A stretch of DNA of 64,000 nt from Selaginella moellendorffii. Lineage: Eukaryota > Plantae > Lycopodiophyta. Below the pieces are notes generated by a model. That model ran no database searches, was not told the origin of the DNA, and was given only the letters and a program-made list of their open reading frames with translations. The position numbers and the translations under genes are program-made. The stretch spans positions 190,738 to 254,737 of the forward strand of contig NW_003314383.1 of NCBI RefSeq assembly GCF_000143415.4, written 5' to 3'. This document shows, in pieces, positions 49,903-63,543 of the stretch. The stretch's first letter is position 1. Each line of letters begins with the position of its first letter.

Positions 49903-52900
49903 TGAAAAACCAGAAGTAGAAAAAAATGTAAATTTCATTAACATATTTTATGATTATTCCCCTTCTTTTTTAATATATTCTCAATGGTTTATTGTTTGTT
50001 TAGTGGATACTAGAAATTGCCCAGCAAAAAGCTGGCGAGTTGGCAAGGTGAAGTTCTCAAAAAAATTTAAATCTGAGCCAAAAGACAAATACATTGGCCA
50101 AGAGTTTTATGACAGCTTGAAGCATAGCTCTAGTTCTCCTGTAGTGTTTTATATAAAATAATTGTAGTTGTAGAAAGAAACATAAAGAATTTCTCACTGG
50201 GAACTACTCTAGTGACTATGGCTGGGACAACATTGCCATCGTATGTTCTTCTCGCATGTTGAAACCCAGCACAAAACCTAAAAATAGAATTTCCTCTGCA
50301 AGAACAAAAAGATCTTACCTATTCTTAGCTAGGGCATCCTACAAAGATGAGTGGAAAATTCTTGTGCAGCATATGAGAGATCCAAGCAGGCTCTCCAATT
50401 CTATAAGCACTAGCCATAGCAGTCCATTGCTAATCCAGCCCTAAAGAAAAATAGGATGGATAAGACCCTATACACAGCATATGCAAGCTCTGTATATCCA
50501 ACACTGCAAAGGATGATCACTTGACATACCATCCATAAACTCTATGCTTGAGCAATGCAAGCTTTTGGGCCTCCATCTCTAGCATTTGGCATTGCTTCTT
50601 CTTCTGCAAACTTTAAGGCTAAAGAGTTGCAGTAAAGAAGAGAAATCTGGAGCAAGCAAAACTTGGTGTCAAGGAGGAGTTGTGATAAAGAAAATTTCCT
50701 TGGCTGCAAGGGTAGAGTAGAGGGGGCTGCGGTAAAAGGATAGTTTTTCCCTCCTTGGCTACAACTTCCTAGTATTGCCCAGCAAATGCTGGATGAGTGC
50801 AAAAATTAGTAATTTTATACAATTTTTTTCTTCTGATATTTTTATATGTATATATATATATTAGCATAGACTATATATTTAGAACACTGATATATTCCCA
50901 AAGTGTAAAAAAAGAATTACTAAGTAAATATTATTGATAAAGATATTATATACAGTATTAATTGGGAATATGGATATATTTAGAGTACTAAGATTTTAGG
51001 AAACTTAATACTCAACCCAGAAAAAATTATAGTTATAAGAATAAATATATTTAGTACACTTCCAGAAAAAAACAATAAAATAAGAATTACCAAAAATAAA
51101 TTTTATTAATTAGATGTTACATGGAAAGTATGTTTTTATTTGGGATATAAACAAATTTAGAATTCTAAAACTTTGAGAAAACTAATATATTACTATCAGA
51201 CTCATAGAAATGTAAAGAAGAACTACTAAGTTTAATTATCACTAATTTAGGGAAGCAGTATTTAATTATTATGTGTTTACTTGGAATATGAATAAATATA
51301 TAACTAAGATTTAAGAACATTAATATATTACTCAGACCCAAACATAGCCTAAAATAAAAAAATTGTATGTAACCCTTAAACTCAAACATCTAGAAATAGA
51401 ATCAAAATAAATTAATTTAATTTTAAGTAATATAGATTTAGTAAAGAATTACTTTGCCATGTGTTTTTCTTAGAATATAGAACAATAAAAATTTAAGAAC
51501 ACTAATCTACTACCCAGACCAAAGTAAAACTAAGAAAAGAAATACAAAAAATAATTGTTATTAATATTTAAACTATAAATTCAAAACCTGATATTCTATG
51601 TTCATAAGATTTATGAAGGTGTTTAATTTGTTTGTATTAAGATTAAGCTAACCCACACCTTGAGCATGCTGTAATTGCCCGATCAATACATTAGTACAGC
51701 TTAGTGGTGACTCTATCTATCAACTAAACATATACATAAAGAAGAAAATTGTAAGACAGGGCAAGTGCCATCTTAATTATACTAACTGATTGAGGCAAAT
51801 TTAAGTCAAAATGAATTTTAATCATAGTATCCAAGCTAGGAAATGATATTCTTGGCCTAATGGTTTTGCCACCTAAGCAACATCTCCTATACAATCACCA
51901 GCAGACTCAACAGCCATGCCCAACAGGAACCCCAAGAGCTGTTGTTCTCGTGCCCACACAATCCTTTGCAAGAGTTTTCGAGGAGCAAAAAAAATTTGAT
52001 AAGCAATGCAAGAGGGCCATAGACCCATAGCAGGCAACATCTTTTGTTACCTACTATCCATGGTTTATGCCCCAGCAATTCTCTACCCCAGCACCCAGCC
52101 TCCGCCCGCAATCGGAGGAAGGTAGAATAGTGAAAGAGTTTGTGCTTACCTCGACTTTGATCAACCATGGTGGACTTAATGCTCCCAGCCTTCTACTGCT
52201 GGAACTCTTATGTGAGCGAGTAGAAGCAGTGGGAGATAAAATCCTGGCTCCACAATCCATGCAGCTTGTCCTTCTCCCAAAGCTTGGTTCTGTAGCATGT
52301 AGAGAGGCAGCAACACAGCCTAGCAATGTAGAGCAAGCAATACAAGAGCCTGTTAAACAGGCATCATCTACATAAAAGAGGAGCTTGAACCAAGATGTAT
52401 CTCATTTTATAAATTTAATGCTTAATATAAATTTATATTTATCAATGTGAGGTCCAAATGTATACCTACGATACCGTATACTAATATTAATATAGTGGGA
52501 TTTTGGTAGCTATTGGATTGGTTTCAATCAGAACCACTCACTTATATATATAAGCTAAGGTTTTTGGGTTAATTGATATGTATATTTTTTATATTCCCTT
52601 TCCATGTTTTATGCACTCACATTGGTGAAGATAAGGGGCATTTTTGATTGTCCTTGAGGAGTGCTTGGATTTGGGATTTTAGTTTAAATATAGCTTTTGC
52701 ATTGTTTAGCTCCTTCTAGCTTTTTTTTCATTTATCCTCTTTTGCTCTTTCCTTTTCATTCATTTTCATGGCAGAGCAATAGTCTTTTCCTCCTTTGACT
52801 CTAGAGTAATAGTTGGTGCAATTGCTTGATGTTATGTGATTGCAATTGAATAACCAAACTCAGTTGATGGCAACATTCATAGCATGTGGTATAACTCTTC

Positions 52901-54211
52901 CTACTTTTAGTGCCAATCCTCACATTCAGTCAGAGTTTTTCATGGGAATCCTGGGCATAATGTGTACCATTAGTTTGATCACTTCACAATGATTGCCACA
53001 TATCATTCTTAGGATGATGTTTGACATTTGCGTGAGTTTCCCACATGTCTTCAAAGGACGGCGCTGCAGTGGTACAATGGTTTGAGCATAGCCAATCATG
53101 GGGATTGGAGTGTTCTCCCAAATGTCTTCAAACACATATTTGGACATGTTGACGATTGTGATAATGCCTTCCAACAATTGCATCGTCTTTGTTAAAGGCC
53201 ATCTGAGTCAATGATGCAATTTAGTGTTTGTTCTGAAGCCTCTTGCTTCATGCAGAGCCAAATATGTCAGAGTGGATCAAGCTAGGAATATTGTGGCCAG
53301 CACTTCGTCAAAATCTTGTCGAACTTATGGATGCCCTTGCTCCAGCCACTCTTGATGATGCTTTTCATTTGGCACAATGTTATGAGATGTCATCTCTTCC
53401 ACTTCTGGTTACATGTCCTTCAACTCCACTTTTTGTGGGTGATGGTCTTGTTCTAATGGAGGTTAATGTTGTTGCTACTCGAGTCCAAGGACAAAGGCGA
53501 GGACGTGGTTGTGGCCGTGATATTCACTACTGGGCATATGATGAAGTTGGTTACACTTATCAACGTTATTAGCCTTTTCTGGATTGGTGACCTCCATTTC
53601 CTGGATGGAGACTTTGTGTTGCAAATGTGACTTTGGGTATCGAAAGTTATCTGTCAGCTAGTCCTTATGGACACTCTTTCCTTACTGCCACGATGGCAGG
53701 AGGTTGGTATTGCTGGACCTATTATCAGTCTCCATCTAAGCTAGTTGAGAAACTGGTCTTCGCATGTGCACTTGACCAGATGAGCATAAGAAAGGAATTC
53801 CTAAGTGTCTATTTAATCAAGCATATTTAACCTGGTTAGAGAAACTCATTCGTTGACTTGCACTTGCTAGTGTTGGGAACCCTTGTGATATTGAGATTAG
53901 TCCCTCAATATTCGCTAGATGATAGCTTACCATGTTTACCAAACACCCTCGCTATCATGCCCTTTGTGTTAGTCTCAATTCAGTCCTAAATGTTATTTAT
54001 TGAAAGTGTCCAGATTTGCTCATTTGGCATATCTATGGAATGTAGAGATTGGCCTAAACACAATGGTGTTCATTCCGTGTCCAAATTCGCAATCTAGCGC
54101 TATTTCATATTTAGTAAGTTTTGAGTTTGTCCCAGAGACTAACTCCTGATATTAAGGGAGGCTTGGGGTGAAAGCCCAAAGCGTGTGTTCCTGAAGGGGC
54201 GGGGGGGGGGG

Positions 54212-55893
54212 TGTGAGACACAAAATCCCTAGGTGCCAAAGTGGAGCTGGAAGGGTGCCATGTGGTAATGGCTGAAGCGAAAGCCAAACGAGCGTAACAT
54301 GTTTGGACTAAAAGCTCCGCTTTGAAAGGGTGAGAGCGGGAGTGGAACTCCCAACAAACTGCTCGAGGAATGAGCACGAAGCGAGCAATAAGCGAGGCTC
54401 TAAAAAGGGACCCAAAAGGACCAACACATGACATGTGGAAGTGTCTGAGATGGAGTTCGAGATGGACCGAGACAGAGTCCGAGATGGAGTCTGAGATGGA
54501 CCTGAGATGGAGTCTGAGATGGAGTTCGAGATGGACCAAGACAGAGTCCAAGATGGAGTCCGAGATGGACCCGAGATGGAGTTCGAGATGGAGTCCGAGA
54601 TGGACCGAGATGGAGTCCAAGATGGAGTCCGAGATGGACCCGAGATGGAATCCAAGATGGAGTCCGAGAAGGACCCGAGATAGAGTCCGAGGTCGAGACC
54701 GAGACCGAGACCGATACTGAGACCGAGACCGAGACCGAGACTGAGACCGAGACCGAGACCGAGATTGGGACCGAGACCGAGACCGAGATCGGGACCAAGA
54801 CCGAGACCGAGGCTGAGGCCGAGGCCGAGTCCAAGTCCGAGTCCGAGTCCGAGTCTGAGTCCGAGTCTGAGTTCGAGTCTGAGTTCGAGTCCGAGTTTGA
54901 GTCTGAGAGGGTGAAAGCCCAAAGTGTTCGTCTCCTAGACCCTGGGGGGTTTAGTGAGCTCCAAAAGTATAGTAAGGGGGAGGACTACAGTGGAGCCAGT
55001 TTGGCCAGGAAAGGCTAGTTTGGCCCAGGAAGGCTGTACCCAGTGTTGGGTGATGAGCTGCCCATTGGGAAGTCCAAGACTAGAGTGAACACAGACCGAC
55101 AAGTGGGGTAGCTTGGTGAAGTGTTCAAGAGCCAGCTCTAGTTCCCCCAGGAGATCGACTGGCCGATGCTCCCAGTACAAGTGTGGGTGGCACTACCTAC
55201 TTGGATACTAGGCGTGGCTCAACAAAACCTCGCTCTAAGCCCATGGCCAGAGCACCCAAAGGCGGAAGGCGGGGAGAGTACCCACGAGGCTTGCGTAAGG
55301 CCATGGTGTTCCGAAATGTTGTCCCAAGGGCCCAGATTGTGGAAAGGAAGAGAAGTAGTCCTCTGGTGTGGTGACTGAGGATACAGTCGTGCAGTGAGGA
55401 AGTCCCAGAGGACTGTGGGACTTAGTGGTCGGGCCTGTGGGCCTTGATCCAGTGGCAGTGTTGGTGAACACGGCCAAAGACAGAAAGGGACTTGGTGGGG
55501 ACTAGAAAGGAGATATTGGGGAAGGCTATTCCCCATGTCTGCCGGCATCCTAAGGATGCTAAGGAGTGGATCTGGGATGACCACTCATGGACAGATGGCC
55601 CAGAGACGGAATTGCAATGCAGGTGGTGTTGGACCACCGATGTGACCAAGGTGGTTGGGCATGGCCTAGCGTAACGGGCTGGTATGTTGGTGGTGCCTTG
55701 GGGTGTCGGTCATAGGACTGGACACGTGGAGCACTTGGACCAAGTGCAAAGGTTGAGTGGCATGGATGCCATTCTCGGGGCTAGAAGCCCCAAGTCCTGA
55801 GTGGGACTTATGGAGGTTGTGAATGAGACTCCTCCAAGTGGTCGGAGGTGCGGTTAAGTGACTAAAGTAAAATGGAAAAATTAGTCGCTTACA
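54212..55893. mobile_element. Solo LTR B2 (about 1.7 kb)
   Basis: TGTGAG...CTTACA termini flanked by GGGGG on both sides. Its right end matches the reverse complement of 63544 onward. Confidence 0.7.
54446..54906. repeat. Compound tandem repeat inside LTR B2
   Basis: GAGATGGAGTCC/GAGATGGACC units, then (GAGACC)n, then (GAGTCC/GAGTCT)n. Confidence 0.9.
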
Positions 55894-57860
55894 GGGGGCT
55901 GTAGGGGGTTCCAAATGTATAGTAGGGATAGTGGGTAGGTTGGGCATGGCCAACTAACCTGAGGCATAGTCTAGCTCCTACTTGCGTGCCTGTCTTTGTT
56001 CTGCGTTCGGCTTGGGTCTAAGCCTAAGTTCCATTCCATGCTAGCTGGTGGAATACCCATGCCCTTGTGTTAGGCCACCGGTATGCCAAAATAGTGCTAG
56101 ACTTCGTTTGGCTCTGTTTTGCGTGCTGGTCCTAGTAAAGGGATGTTAGTTGCTCTAAGACTGTTCCAAGTCACTCTATGCTTTTGTTCCTTTGCTCCTT
56201 GGGCTATATGCTCGGGAGTTGCTCCGTGGTCCGGTTCCATCACTCCTTGGCTCCATGCTTGGGAGTTTGGCATTGTTCCTTTGTTCAGTGGCCCAAGGCC
56301 TTGAACCTCGGGTTCCACACCATTGTCCTTTGGACACGTGGCATGTGACACATGGCATATGACACATGGCACATGGAGGGTTTAGGTTCCGCTTCGTGGT
56401 GTTATCTTATGATAAATCACCATAGGATAAAGGCTAAAAACCACATGTGCTACACCTTGGCATCAACAACTTCTTATTAATGTTGCTGCAGTGGAAGGTT
56501 TGGACACCGAGATGCATCCAAAAAATGAGGAGTTACGCGAGTAATAGAGGGATCTTGCGCAAATAAATTAGTGACCCCTCCATCTTTCTTTCGAGAGTAT
56601 CATCAAGGGGTCCACTCGCACTAGTTCATCCAGTGTTTATTTTCCAAACTCATTTTTATAATAAGAGGTCTCATATTATTCTCTCCATGTTGGTTAATAT
56701 AGGTTTAAGTTTATTTTCTACTGCTTGACTTTTTGCCACATATTCCCTTCTACACTTGTGTTGTGTAGTGGAGCCAATTTTCATTCTTTATGGCAATAGC
56801 CATACACATACATGTGCATGAAATGAGGCAAACCTAGTTGTGCATGTGGGCAATCTCAAGTTTGGGTTGCAGTCATTGTGGGTAGTGCTGAGTCAAGCTT
56901 TGATCTCATCCTTAGTATAAATTGGTTGTAGCGCAATCATACCAAGTATGACGTTGAAGTTTGTCCCCTTGTCTCATACTTCCTTATATTCTATTCATTC
57001 CTCTCATTTCAATTCCTCTTTGTCCCTATACTTTTACTTTTGTTTGCATTATTTTTGTCTCCCCACTACTTTCTCTTATGTTTTTATCTTGTTTTGCTCT
57101 TCTCTTTTCCGATCCCTTTAACAGTCTTTGTGTTGCAACGGTTGATTGGTATGCAACACTTATGAAGGAGTAGGCCGATCTCTTTGAATTTGACCTATCG
57201 TCTAGGGCCAAGATTGCCACACATAATCCAATTCCAATCGGGGATGCTCGTCCAATCAAGGTCCCTGTTCGTTGTCGATCACCCAAAGAAATCAAGATTT
57301 TACATGCAAACATCAAGGAGATGTTGGAAAAGGGTGTTATTCGAAAGTTGTGGAGTCCTTGGGCATATGAACTTCATCTTGTGATGAAACTTGATGGGAG
57401 TGTTTGTTTTTGCATTGACTATTGTTTGTTAAACGAAGTGATGATCCTGGATATGTACCTTCTTCCTCATTGTCAACCGTATATATGGTTATATTTTCAC
57501 ACTTGAGGTTGCTTTTGTGAGTACTGATGTATTTCTAAGCTAGAAAAAGGTGAAAAATGAAGAAGCTCGCTGAAGAAGCTTCCTAGGAGTATTTTGTCTA
57601 GAGAGAGAAAAAGTGTTGGATTTCAAAAGTGAGAATTTGAAGAAGTTTTTTTCTATGAAGTCGAAGATCTTATCAAGGGAAGTTTTTCGGTGGTGAAATC
57701 AAGTTGATCGGAGTTGTGGATGAAGAATTATTAGCTAGAAAAGTCTCAGCCATTGGTTGGTGTTTAAGTTTTTGGTAGTTTGAAAATTAGGTATGGCCAT
57801 TCAGTTATTTTACAGTTTTCTCTCTCTGGTTCTTGAGTTCATTCTGCTCAAAGATGGGGG

Positions 57861-57960
57861 NNNNNNNNNNNNNNNNNNNNNNNNNNNNNNNNNNNNNNNN
57901 NNNNNNNNNNNNNNNNNNNNNNNNNNNNNNNNNNNNNNNNNNNNNNNNNNNNNNNNNNNN
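57861..57960. other. Assembly gap
   Basis: N run. Confidence 1.
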
Positions 57961-60900
57961 TAACCGGGCCTAAGGAAAAGGCCAGTCATCTGCAGGCATC
58001 TGCAGTAAGCATCCTTGCCACAGTTGGTTCTCAGTCTAGCGGATTTAATTTTCTAGATTTTTCTACTAGGAGGGCAGAGCAGAATCGAGGCCGTTCTGAA
58101 TGAGCAGCGAGGAGACTGTTATAAAACTCGCCTAAAACCAGCCCTGAAACTAGTCCGAGGACTTCAGACTCAAGTTTGAATTGGCAGGAGTGGGGGCCAT
58201 TTGAACCAGTCTCGCCCACACCTCAAGCAGTAAATCCTCAAATGGCACAGCCTGCCAACGCGAGGATGAAGTATCCAACATTACACAGACTGACAATCCA
58301 AACACTCACATAACTGCTTTTGAAAATGTTAGCACAGCAAATCAGGAGCAAGCAGATGCTATGAGAGTCCATCTGTTTCCGGTGACGTTGCTGGGAGCAG
58401 CAGCAGAGTGGTATGGTCAAGCGAATGCAGTAGCAGCCTTTGCAGCCTGGGTGGACCTCAAAACGGCATTTCTCAATGCTTTCTGTCCTATGGGATTCAA
58501 GTAGCATATCAGCGACGAGCTAAATTCAATTCAATTGTTACCTGGAGAGACATTGCAAAATTACGTTCTTCGTTACAAGAGGCTGCTTGCAAGGAAAGAT
58601 CCACAGCCTCCTGCCGACGACCAAGTCCGTTGGCTCTTGAATGGGTTGCTATTTGAGATCGGGTTTCACGTGAAGGTGTAGAGACCGGCAGATTTGAATG
58701 CAGCAGTGGAGCACGCAGCAACATGGAAACAGGCCTGGATGTCATCGCGAAATGTTGCAACTGCAGCTCCAGTAGCAACATATGGTAACTTGTTCTCACC
58801 AAATATTGCACAGTACCAGACTGGTGTGCTTGGAGCCGTAGCAGCTCCACCTTTGATTCTGGTCCAGCTGTCAGTTCTCCAGTTACCTGCAGTAAACACG
58901 ACTGGATTTGAGAGCCAACTCACGAAAGTGAAAGAAGATGTGGTGGAGACACTTACCAAGAAGAAGGCAGAACTCCAAGTGAGTCTGGTTCAAGGTTTGG
59001 GAGCTCCAACTCGGCCGGTGCATGAGAGAGCTGAGATCTGGTGCATTAAGTGTCAAGGATATGGCCACTATCCTAGTGAGTGTCTGAATCTGGTTCCGGC
59101 AAAAGCTCCTTGTCCGTATTGTGGGAAGTTCGGCTACAAGCCTGAGAAGTGCTTTTTTCATCCAGCTCGTGTGACGCCCAAGTTCCAGCAGCAACCTATA
59201 GTTGCAAGCTATTACGTTCAACCACAATTTCCACAACAGCACGTTCAACCACAATTTCGCCATCAACAACAATTTCCACAGCAGCAAGTTCAACAACAAT
59301 TTCTGCACCAGTATGAGATGTACCCGGTTTTTAACATAGGAGCTCCAGGGGCTGTGCAGAACTCAGGGCTGATGCTGTAGCAGACTGCCGGTGGAGGCAG
59401 AGGTGGCGGCCAGATGGGAATGTTCGGAGGCAGAGACCGAGGCCGAGGCCGAGGCCCAATAGTGTGCTACCGGTGTGGGGAACCTGGACATATCACACCA
59501 AACTGTCCGAATGCACAGAAGTCTAAAGAGTATCAGCCAATCTGTGGGATATGCTAGACACAGGGGCTTCACCGGCAGGACGATTGCCCCTTGCCGAATC
59601 AGCGTCAGAATCAGGACAAGGGAAAAGAGGTGGTGGACACTAAAGCCATTTTCGTGAATTCTAAAGAGTTATGAGCGGACACACCTGTGTGGAATGTCAA
59701 CACACGAGCACAGTTGCAGTGGAGGGACCACGGGTTGTACATCCGAGATGAGACAAGAACAAGGGCTGAACAGGGAATTGAGCAGATGCATACTCGGGAG
59801 GATCTGAAGATGATAGCTTGCTGAAATAGGAAGGAGCAACGCCACAAGGAAAAGGTGGGCATGGAAGGAGGCAGCATTCAGGATGCACCGATAGCCAATG
59901 GTAGAGATTTCGCAAAGAATATCATGGGGACTATTCAGTGCCCTAATGACGGCAAGGAAATGGATGCGAACCAGGTGAGTGGTGGAATGGATCCGCAAGA
60001 GGTTATGAGGAAGGTGGGCATCTTGACGCCGCAGCGGCTGGCAGAGGTATTCAAGGAACATTTTGGGGGTGAGCCGTTGAAGATGGGCCAGCAGAGATCT
60101 CGCTGGTATAAGCAAGTGCTAAATCTAGAAACTCAGCCCTATGACGTGCTCAAGGACTTGGAGAATCAGAAGCTGAGTATCACATTCGCGCAATTACTAC
60201 AGCTGGCACCAAGTTTGAGGAAAGTGGTGGCCACAACAGTCAAGGCCCATCGAGAGGTGGTAGTGAATGCAGCATGGTCGATGATTGAAGCAGAGAATCC
60301 AATTATAGATGTAGAGATTTCAGGTCAGCACTTGAAGGGGTGCGTGATTGACGAAGGTGCTGCCATCAACGTAATGCCTGAGCAGATGGTGTCGAAACTT
60401 GGTTTGGAGCAGCTGTCTCCAGTTCATTTTCGTGTCTGCATGGTGAACCATTCTCACTCGAGACCAGTTGGTGTACTTACTGGAGTGAAGATGAAGATTG
60501 CCAGTTTTATCTTTTATGTTGATTACGTGGTGCTGAGGATGGTTGGACACGAGCTGGATTATCCAACTCTTTTGGGAAGGCCATGGCTGTTACAGGTCTA
60601 GGCAGATCAGAGTTGGCCGAAGGGGACTATTATGATTGGAGATGGAAACGAGTCACGCACCATCCAAGTTCAGACGAGGAGGAGGCCGGCCTGGACTCCA
60701 GTGGCGTGTGAGCCAATAGTGGATGGGATCGATGACAGCAGTGATACCACGACTAGATCAGAAGCAGGAGAGCGTATGAGCGAGGTGTGTTCAGAGCAGA
60801 GTCGGCTGAATGATGAGAGTTCAGTGGAGGTTGCAGCTGTGGAGCCCTGCTCTGGCTACGACGCCCTACTGCTGTCACCTTTTGAAGATGGAATAGTGAG

Positions 60901-61704
60901 CGATCGACTCAAGCATTGGTTGTTTGGTGGTGATGTGAGCTGTGGAATGGTTCAGGTTGAGGACTTGGAGCCAATAGTGGAGCAGGAACGACTGCAGCAG
61001 TTTCCCTGTCATTTTTATTCCGAAGTTATAGATGGTTCCGTTCCAGAGATTGATGAAGAGCCAGCAATCCAGCCTAGAGGACGAGGTAGTAGCCAAAACA
61101 CAGCTCAGCCGGCTGTCGAAGAGATGAACCTTGGATCAGCTGAGGAGGAAAAGGTGGTGAAGGTTGGAGCTAACTTGCCGGTCCAAGTTAAGGAGAGGTT
61201 GAGGCACCTTTTTTACAAGTACCTCGACATGTTTGCATGGTCTTATAGAGACATGTGAGGTGTGGATGTGAAGCTGGCTCAGCACTGGATCATTCTCAAG
61301 CCAGGAGCAGTGCCGTATAGGATGAACCCGAATTACTCCAAGACTGTTCGAGAGGAGCTGGAGAAGTTGCTGTGAGCTGGGTTTATTTATGAGGTGGAAA
61401 CAAGCTAGTGGCTATCTCCGATTGTGGTGGTGCCGAGCCAAAAAAGAATGGTCAGCTGCGAGTCTGTGTGGATTACCGAAAGCTGAACGAGGTGACTGAG
61501 AAGGATGGCTTTCCTCTACCCTTCACTGACACAGTACTTGATGATATGGACTGGGATGGTGCCATATAGCAGAGGTTGAACACGCTAGAACAATTGGATG
61601 AGACGAGGCTCCTGGCATTTCAAGCTAGAGAGGCATTGCAGAAGCGGAGGAAGAAATGGCATGATGATCATATTCAAAAGACGGAAGTTGCAATAGGGAA
61701 TTTG

Positions 61705-61804
61705 NNNNNNNNNNNNNNNNNNNNNNNNNNNNNNNNNNNNNNNNNNNNNNNNNNNNNNNNNNNNNNNNNNNNNNNNNNNNNNNNNNNNNNNNNNNNNNNN
61801 NNNN
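61705..61804. other. Assembly gap
   Basis: N run. Confidence 1.
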
Positions 61805-63543
61805 CACTTGAGGTTGCTTTTGTGAGTACTGATATTTCTAAGCTAGAAAAAGGTGAAAAATGAAGAAGCTCGCTAAAGAAGCTTCCCGAGAGTATTTTGT
61901 CTAGAGAGAGAAAAAGTGATGGATTTCAAAAGTGAGAATTTGAAGAAGTTGTTTTCTATGAAGTTGAAGATCTTATCAAGGTAAGTTCTTTGGTGGTGAA
62001 ATCAAGTTGATCGGAGTTGTGGATGAAGAGTTATTAGCTGGAAAAGTCTCAGCCATTGGTTGGTGTTTAAGTTTTTGGTAGTTTGAAAATTAGATACGGC
62101 CATTTAGTTATTTTACAATTTTCTCTCTCTGGTTCTTGAGTTCTTTCTGCTTGAAGATGGTGGGACCTCCTATAAGCCATCGAGATCCCATCGCTGTGAT
62201 CATAGAGGAGTTATTGCAAGCCCAGCACACTCAATACGAGTGATTTGTAGTTACTGTTGAAATACAAGCCCTAAGGGAGTCTTTCCGGTCTTTCTTTGTT
62301 GTCGTGTATTTTTCCTGACACTCATACTGCTAATCTCTTGGATTCTCTAGGGAGAAGTTGTTGATTTACCAAGCTAAATCTTGCTTTTGCGTACTAGCAA
62401 GTACCAATGGCTGAAGAAGATATTCTTCAAACTGCTTTTCATACACTGTTTGGTTTGTACGAGTTCTTGGTGATGCCATTTAGTTTGAATAATATTCCAA
62501 CAACTTTTCAATGGATGATGAACAAGGTTTTTTGCAATATGCTAGAGGTGACTGTTGACTTTATTGATAATGTATTGATCCACTCAGAGGGGACATGGGA
62601 GGAACACGTCTATGATGTTTGTAAAGTGTTGAATCAGCTATGGGATGTTAGATTAAAGCTGAAGCGGTCAAAGTGTGTGTTTGGGTCCAAGGACACAACT
62701 TATCTTGGGTACCGTATTTCTCGTGAGGGTTTGCAAGTTGATCATAACAAACTTGTGGGTGTTCTAAAGTTTCTTATTCCGAAGTGTGTGAATGATGTGT
62801 AATGCTTTGTGGGCAAGATGTAGTATCTCAGTTGTTTTTTGGATCATCTTTTTAATTGCACTGCACCATTGTGAGCGTTGCTGAAGTCATCAACATCATC
62901 TTTCATCTGGTCTTCAGATTGTGAGCAGGCGTTCATGGATCTCAAAGAGTTCTTGACGACTCCTTCACTTTTGGCATATCCTGATTACACTTGACCTTTC
63001 ATTTTGCGGGTGGATGTTTTTTATATTGGTTTTGGAGATGTGTTGATGCAAGAGCCCAAGTGTGCTTGGTCAGCACTATCCCATTGCATATATGCGCTAT
63101 ACATTACAACTAACGAAGGTGAACTACTTTACAATAGAGAAGGAGTGTTTAGCAGTTGTTTGGGGTTTTGAGAAACTTCATGTATATTTACATGGTTTCT
63201 GGATGTTACTAGAAGGTGATCATGCTGCTATTACTTCATTATTGAAGTAGAAGAACCTGGTTAGTTGTACTGCTCGGTGGGATTTGAAGCTTCAGATATA
63301 TAATTTTGATGTTGTTCATCGTTCGGGGAGTTCTATGGATGATGTTGATGCCCTTTCTTGAGTTCCTTTTTCTTCTTCACTCTCTTCTTATATTTCTGAC
63401 GAGCTTGTTATTCCAACATCTATGGATTTTCTAGACGAGGATTCTATGTTATCAGTAGTTGCTATACTTGATGTTTAGTGTCCACAAGGTGTAGAGAAAG
63501 ATCTACTTTCTCTTGATAAGGTTTGTGAGGTTCAAAAAATTGA

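Larger units (their letters stand above)
53886..56454. mobile_element. Probable solo LTR B1, itself interrupted by B2
   Basis: TG..CA ends flanked by CCTTG at 53881-53885 and 56455-56459. Confidence 0.55.
57471..62320 (+). mobile_element. Ty3/Gypsy element C with two LTRs, internally deleted pol
   Basis: TGTCA...TGACA termini with CTCAT TSD. LTR identity 57500-57860 vs 61805-62160. Gag zinc knuckles, protease IDEGAAINV, RT N-terminus WLSPIVVV..RVCVDYRKLN. Confidence 0.9.
52446..63543 (+). mobile_element. Degenerate Ty3/Gypsy element A (host of nested insertions)
   Basis: LTR 52446-52621 (TG..CA), PBS-like TGGTGAAGATAAGGGG, gag relic 52950-53570. RT MLEKGVIR..SPWA..FCIDY (57321) resumes at 62326 with TAFHTLFGLYEFLVMPF. 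RNase H Y.TIEKECLAVVW. Confidence 0.8.

Noticed and set aside
50040-52400. Short ORFs in the AT-rich region
   Set aside because: Fragmentary with no motifs; probably decayed TE or pseudogene sequence.
54446-54906. CRISPR-like array, or the ORFs across it
   Set aside because: No unique spacers; simple tandem repeat in a eukaryotic LTR. The ORFs are repeat artefacts.
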